Assembly: GCA_040752575.1 (NCBI GenBank)
Contig: JBFMGK010000012.1
Coordinates: forward strand, 1 to 28,017
DNA length: 28,017 bases
DNA from: Candidatus Bipolaricaulota bacterium
Lineage (GTDB): Bacteria > Bipolaricaulota > Bipolaricaulia > UBA7950 > UBA9294
Direction: 5' to 3'
Under the pieces are notes generated by a model. It saw only the letters and a program-made list of their open reading frames with translations. It did no database searches and was not told the DNA's origin. How positions within the stretch are numbered: the stretch's first letter is position 1; each line of letters begins with the position of its first letter. The position numbers and the translations under genes are program-made. Shown piece by piece: positions 24,737 to 28,017 of this stretch.

Positions 24737-25939
24737 TCATGCGAGTCGGTTCAGCAACCGCAGCCAGTCGAGGAGAAGACGCGGGATGAGGAAATGCTCT
24801 CGTACGTGCTCCCTGCCCGCTCCGCCGAATTCCTCACGGCGACTCGGGTGCTGCAAGAGCTGCGTTATCCGTTCCGTGGCGCCCTGAACATCCCCCGGGG
24901 AGACGAGGCTGCCGGTCTTCCCGTCGATGATCTGAAGAGGGATTCCGCCCACGGAAGTCGCCACGACGGGGGTCCCTTTCCACAACGCCTCAGAGACCGT
25001 GAGACCGAAACCCTCGCGAAGCGAAAGCTGGACGACAACGGCAGCTCGTCGCTGAGCCGCGTTCACAAGCAGTGGGTCGCTGGCCGTGATCAGCGTGATG
25101 TCGGGTCTTTTCTCGACGGCTTTCTGCACCTCGCGGAAGAGAGCAGGCCCCTCCGGGTCGTCGGTGGCCATACTCCCTAGGAGAACGAGACGGCATGGCG
25201 CCTCCTGACGAACGGTGTCGAAGACCCTGATGACGCCCATGGGGTCTTTCCACTTGTCGAAGCGCGACACCTGAAGGAGAAAGGGCTCAGCGCCGACGAT
25301 CCCGTACTGATCAAGTTTGCCGTCGATCTCCGCCTCGCTCATCTCGCGGTTGAGGTCGGAGAAGGGATCGATAGCCGGCGGGATGACGTACGTGTCGAGA
25401 TGCCAAGACGGGCGTCGGAACCTTTCGGACGAGACGACGGCGGCGTCGTACCGCGCGATCAGTGGACGAACCGCGAGTTCGACGTCTTCGTTGGGAGCGG
25501 AGACGTCAATGTGGCAGCGCCAGACCCAGGGGTTCGCTCGCCGGACAAACCGAATCATGGGAAGGGGTTGCGGATCGTGGACAATGACCACGTCGTGAGC
25601 CATCGGGCTGTAGAGGGCACAGGTTCGATTGAGAGCCAGATAGGCGTCGAGTTCCTGATCGGTGAGGCGGACGCTCTCCCCCTGCAACCCGTTGTGGATC
25701 TTCTTCGTTACGGCGAACACGGCGGGATCGCCGTAGAGCAAGTTCCAGTCTGCGTTGATCCCCACGTCGTTCATCAGAGGTACGAGCGAGTTGAGCATGC
25801 TCGCGACGCCGCCCCCGTGAAAGGTGGAGTTCACGTGCAGAACGTGCATCCCGTAGATGGCGCGGGCCGTGCGTTGCACTTCGCTCAGAACGGCGCTATC
25901 CATGACGCCGTCGTACTTCTCGATGCCGATCCTCTCCAT
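24737..25939 (-). CDS. treT: Glycosyltransferring trehalose synthase (GT4)
   Basis: HVNSTFHGGGVA, HNGLQG, HDPQP, WRCHID, SRFDKWKDP, REGFGLTVSEALWK. Confidence 0.88.
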   Translation of the reverse strand: MERIGIEKYDGVMDSAVLSEVQRTARAIYGMHVLHVNSTFHGGGVASMLNSLVPLMNDVGINADWNLLYGDPAVFAVTKKIHNGLQGESVRLTDQELDAYLALNRTCALYSPMAHDVVIVHDPQPLPMIRFVRRANPWVWRCHIDVSAPNEDVELAVRPLIARYDAAVVSSERFRRPSWHLDTYVIPPAIDPFSDLNREMSEAEIDGKLDQYGIVGAEPFLLQVSRFDKWKDPMGVIRVFDTVRQEAPCRLVLLGSMATDDPEGPALFREVQKAVEKRPDITLITASDPLLVNAAQRRAAVVVQLSLREGFGLTVSEALWKGTPVVATSVGGIPLQIIDGKTGSLVSPGDVQGATERITQLLQHPSRREEFGGAGREHVREHFLIPRLLLDWLRLLNRLA

Positions 25940-26232
25940 GTTCCCCTTTCCCCCGCGCGAGCGTCAGCGGCTCGCGAGGGTCCACGGGCCGATCATTCCG
26001 CCTCTCGGCGGCGCGCGCAAGGGCTCGAACCCATGTCCATCACACTCAGGCCGCGGACTCCGCTGCCGAGAGTGCCTAAGCCTATCTTCGTACCGGGATC
26101 CGCCCGAACCGCTGCGCCGGGAACCTTGTCACGATCTGTATTCGACGGCTGCTCTGAGTCCTCGCGCTGTGCGTCCTGAACAGCTCAGCGACCTGTCACG
26201 TCATCGCTCATCCTGAGAAACAGCATCACGCC

Positions 26233-27102
26233 TCATCCCTTGACCGACCCTGCCAGGATCCCTCGCACGAAGTAGCGCTGAAGGAGGAGGAAGACCGTGA
26301 GAGGCAAGGCCATCGAGACGAACGCCGACGCAGTCAGCAGCTCCCAATTCTGGCCCCGCGAGCCGACAAGGTTCGCGACGCGTAACGTCACGGGGCCGAC
26401 GTTGGGCGCGCCTCCCAGGTAGATGAGCGCGACCAAAAGATCGTTCCACACCCAGAGGAACTGGAATACGACCACGGAGGCGATGGCGGGCACGGAGAGA
26501 GGCAGAACGATCCCGGCGAAGACCTGAAGAGAGGACGCGCCGTCGATGGCTGCGGAATCAAAGAGGTCCTTCGGGAGCGCCGAGATGAAGTTGTGCAGAA
26601 GGTAGACAGTCAAAGGTAACCCATACCCCGCGTGTGCAAGCCAGATGGCCGGGAAGGTGCCCGCGATCCGGAGCGATGAGAAGGCACGAAGAACCGGAAT
26701 GAAGGTCATCTGTAGAGGAACTACCATGAGGGCGACGACCACGTAGAAGAGGATGCGTCGCCCGCGAAACCGCATCCAAGCGAACGCGTAGGCAGCCAGC
26801 GCTCCGACCAGCGTTGGCAGGACCGTCGCCGGAACGGCAATCGAGAGGCTGTTCAGAAATGCCCGCCCCATGCCGTTCTCCGTGAGGACGTCCCCGTAAT
26901 TGCGCAACGTGTACTGCGTGAAGGCGAAGGGGTGTGCCAAACAGACCCACCAACCCGTCTGCGCTACGGCTTGGGGAGTGCGAAACGACGTCACGAACAA
27001 GCCCACCGTGGGAAGCAGCCAGACTGCGGCGAGCACGACCAACAGAGCATGGAGCGGGACACGACGGAGGCTGCCTATGTGGAAGCGCGAGCGGCGACTC
27101 AT
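26233..27102 (-). CDS. Carbohydrate ABC transporter permease (MalG/AglG-like)
   Basis: EAA-like loop DLFDSAAIDGAS, FQFLWVWNDLL, QRYFVRGILAGSVKG; ATG 27102 overlaps the upstream stop (ATGA). Confidence 0.9.
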   Translation of the reverse strand: MSRRSRFHIGSLRRVPLHALLVVLAAVWLLPTVGLFVTSFRTPQAVAQTGWWVCLAHPFAFTQYTLRNYGDVLTENGMGRAFLNSLSIAVPATVLPTLVGALAAYAFAWMRFRGRRILFYVVVALMVVPLQMTFIPVLRAFSSLRIAGTFPAIWLAHAGYGLPLTVYLLHNFISALPKDLFDSAAIDGASSLQVFAGIVLPLSVPAIASVVVFQFLWVWNDLLVALIYLGGAPNVGPVTLRVANLVGSRGQNWELLTASAFVSMALPLTVFLLLQRYFVRGILAGSVKG

Positions 27103-27968
27103 CGAGCACTCTCCCGGCGCTTGAAGCGGCGGATGTTCACGACCATAACCGGAGCGACGAGCAGAAACAGCACAACGGCAAGAGCTGCGGCCCTTCCGTA
27201 GTTCGTAAAAGAGAACTGCTCTTTGATCATCCGATTGGCTAGGACCTCGGTCGAGAAGTTGCCATTGGTCATGACGTAGACGATGTCGAAGATCTTCAGC
27301 ACAAACACGATCATCGTGGTGGTGACAACGGCCAGCGTCGGTGTGAGCAACGGGAGGATGATGCGCCAGAACAGCTGCCACTCGCCCGCTCCGTCGATAC
27401 GCGCCGCCTCGAGCCATTCGCGCGATAGGCCCTTGTAGGCTGCCGAGAGCACGACCATACAGAACCCCGTCCAAATCCACACACCTACGACGATCAAACA
27501 GAGGTTGTTGATCCACGGGCGGACGGTGAGCCAGCCTACGGGCTGACCTCCCAACGCGACGACCACGGCGTTCAGAAGGCCGATCTGCGCAACGGACGCA
27601 GGCCGGAAGGCATAGACGAACTTCCAGATTACGGAAGCTCCAACCATCGAAATCGCCATGGGCACGAAGATGATCGTCTTGATGAGGCTCTCGTAGCGCA
27701 CGCGATCCAGCAGCACGGCTAGCGTGAGCCCCATGGAAACGGTGCAGAAGGTGAAGACGCCGACCCACAGGGCGTTGTTCCGAAATGCCGCGGACATCAC
27801 AGGATCGCTGAATACCTGAGAGTAGTTATTAATCCCAACGAACGCCTTGCCCTGCCTATCGAGAAGCGACAGCCGCAAGGTCTCCGCCGAAGGGTACACC
27901 AGAAAGAACGCAAGCAATGCCAGCGCGGGAATCACATACATCCAGGGAACCCAGCGACGTGTTGGCAC
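27099..27968 (-). CDS. Carbohydrate ABC transporter permease (MalF/AglF-like); frame is open to the window edge, so the start may be further upstream
   Basis: PMAISMVGASVIWKFVY, QIGLLNA, WIWTGF, LEAARIDGA, LKIFDIVYVMTNG; GGAG before GTG 27968. Confidence 0.9.
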   Translation of the reverse strand: MPTRRWVPWMYVIPALALLAFFLVYPSAETLRLSLLDRQGKAFVGINNYSQVFSDPVMSAAFRNNALWVGVFTFCTVSMGLTLAVLLDRVRYESLIKTIIFVPMAISMVGASVIWKFVYAFRPASVAQIGLLNAVVVALGGQPVGWLTVRPWINNLCLIVVGVWIWTGFCMVVLSAAYKGLSREWLEAARIDGAGEWQLFWRIILPLLTPTLAVVTTTMIVFVLKIFDIVYVMTNGNFSTEVLANRMIKEQFSFTNYGRAAALAVVLFLLVAPVMVVNIRRFKRRESAR

Positions 27969-28017
27969 GGCGGCTCCGACGCGGCGGGCCGCGCGAGCAG
28001 TTCGCCCGCGCGGCCCC

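Noticed and set aside
26005..26040. tRNA T-loop-like GGGTTCGAGCCC on the minus strand
   Set aside because: The T-stem pairs poorly, and there is no D or anticodon arm, CCA end or nearby integrase
1..28017. Specific taxonomic assignment, CRISPR arrays, transposases, prophage or defence genes
   Set aside because: No marker gene to support a taxon; no spaced repeats or mobile/defence motifs recognised

Overview
GC-rich bacterial window; almost all genes are on the minus strand. No rRNA, tRNA, CRISPR or mobile element was recognised. Block 1 (46-7577) is a tricarboxylate module: a single-chain aconitase, then iclR-icd-aclB-aclA (IclR regulator, NADP-isocitrate dehydrogenase, two-subunit ATP-citrate lyase). 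Block 2 (7680-18366) is a tightly coupled 11-gene hopanoid operon: NarL-type regulator, polyprenyl synthase, hpnH, hpnG, ispG, shc, ispH, yjbQ, hpnC, hpnD, hpnE. A DUF3467 gene, a multi-TM HisKA_3 kinase and a second NarL regulator lie directly upstream. Block 3 holds a fucose-isomerase-like gene, MscS, a DUF401 membrane protein, a duplicated CQLG(L/C)F-domain protein, TreT and alpha-glucoside-type ABC permeases. Best leads: an apparent intramembrane-sensing (DesK-like) one-kinase/two-regulator system attached to hopanoid synthesis; a YjbQ protein embedded in the hpn operon; an IclR-associated acn/icd/acl module with no other rTCA genes nearby; possible RNA switches around the aconitase gene; and a probable CTG start for iclR. 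All family calls come from motif recognition by eye, not database searches. Many start codons were refined from the ORF track using RBS and overlap evidence.
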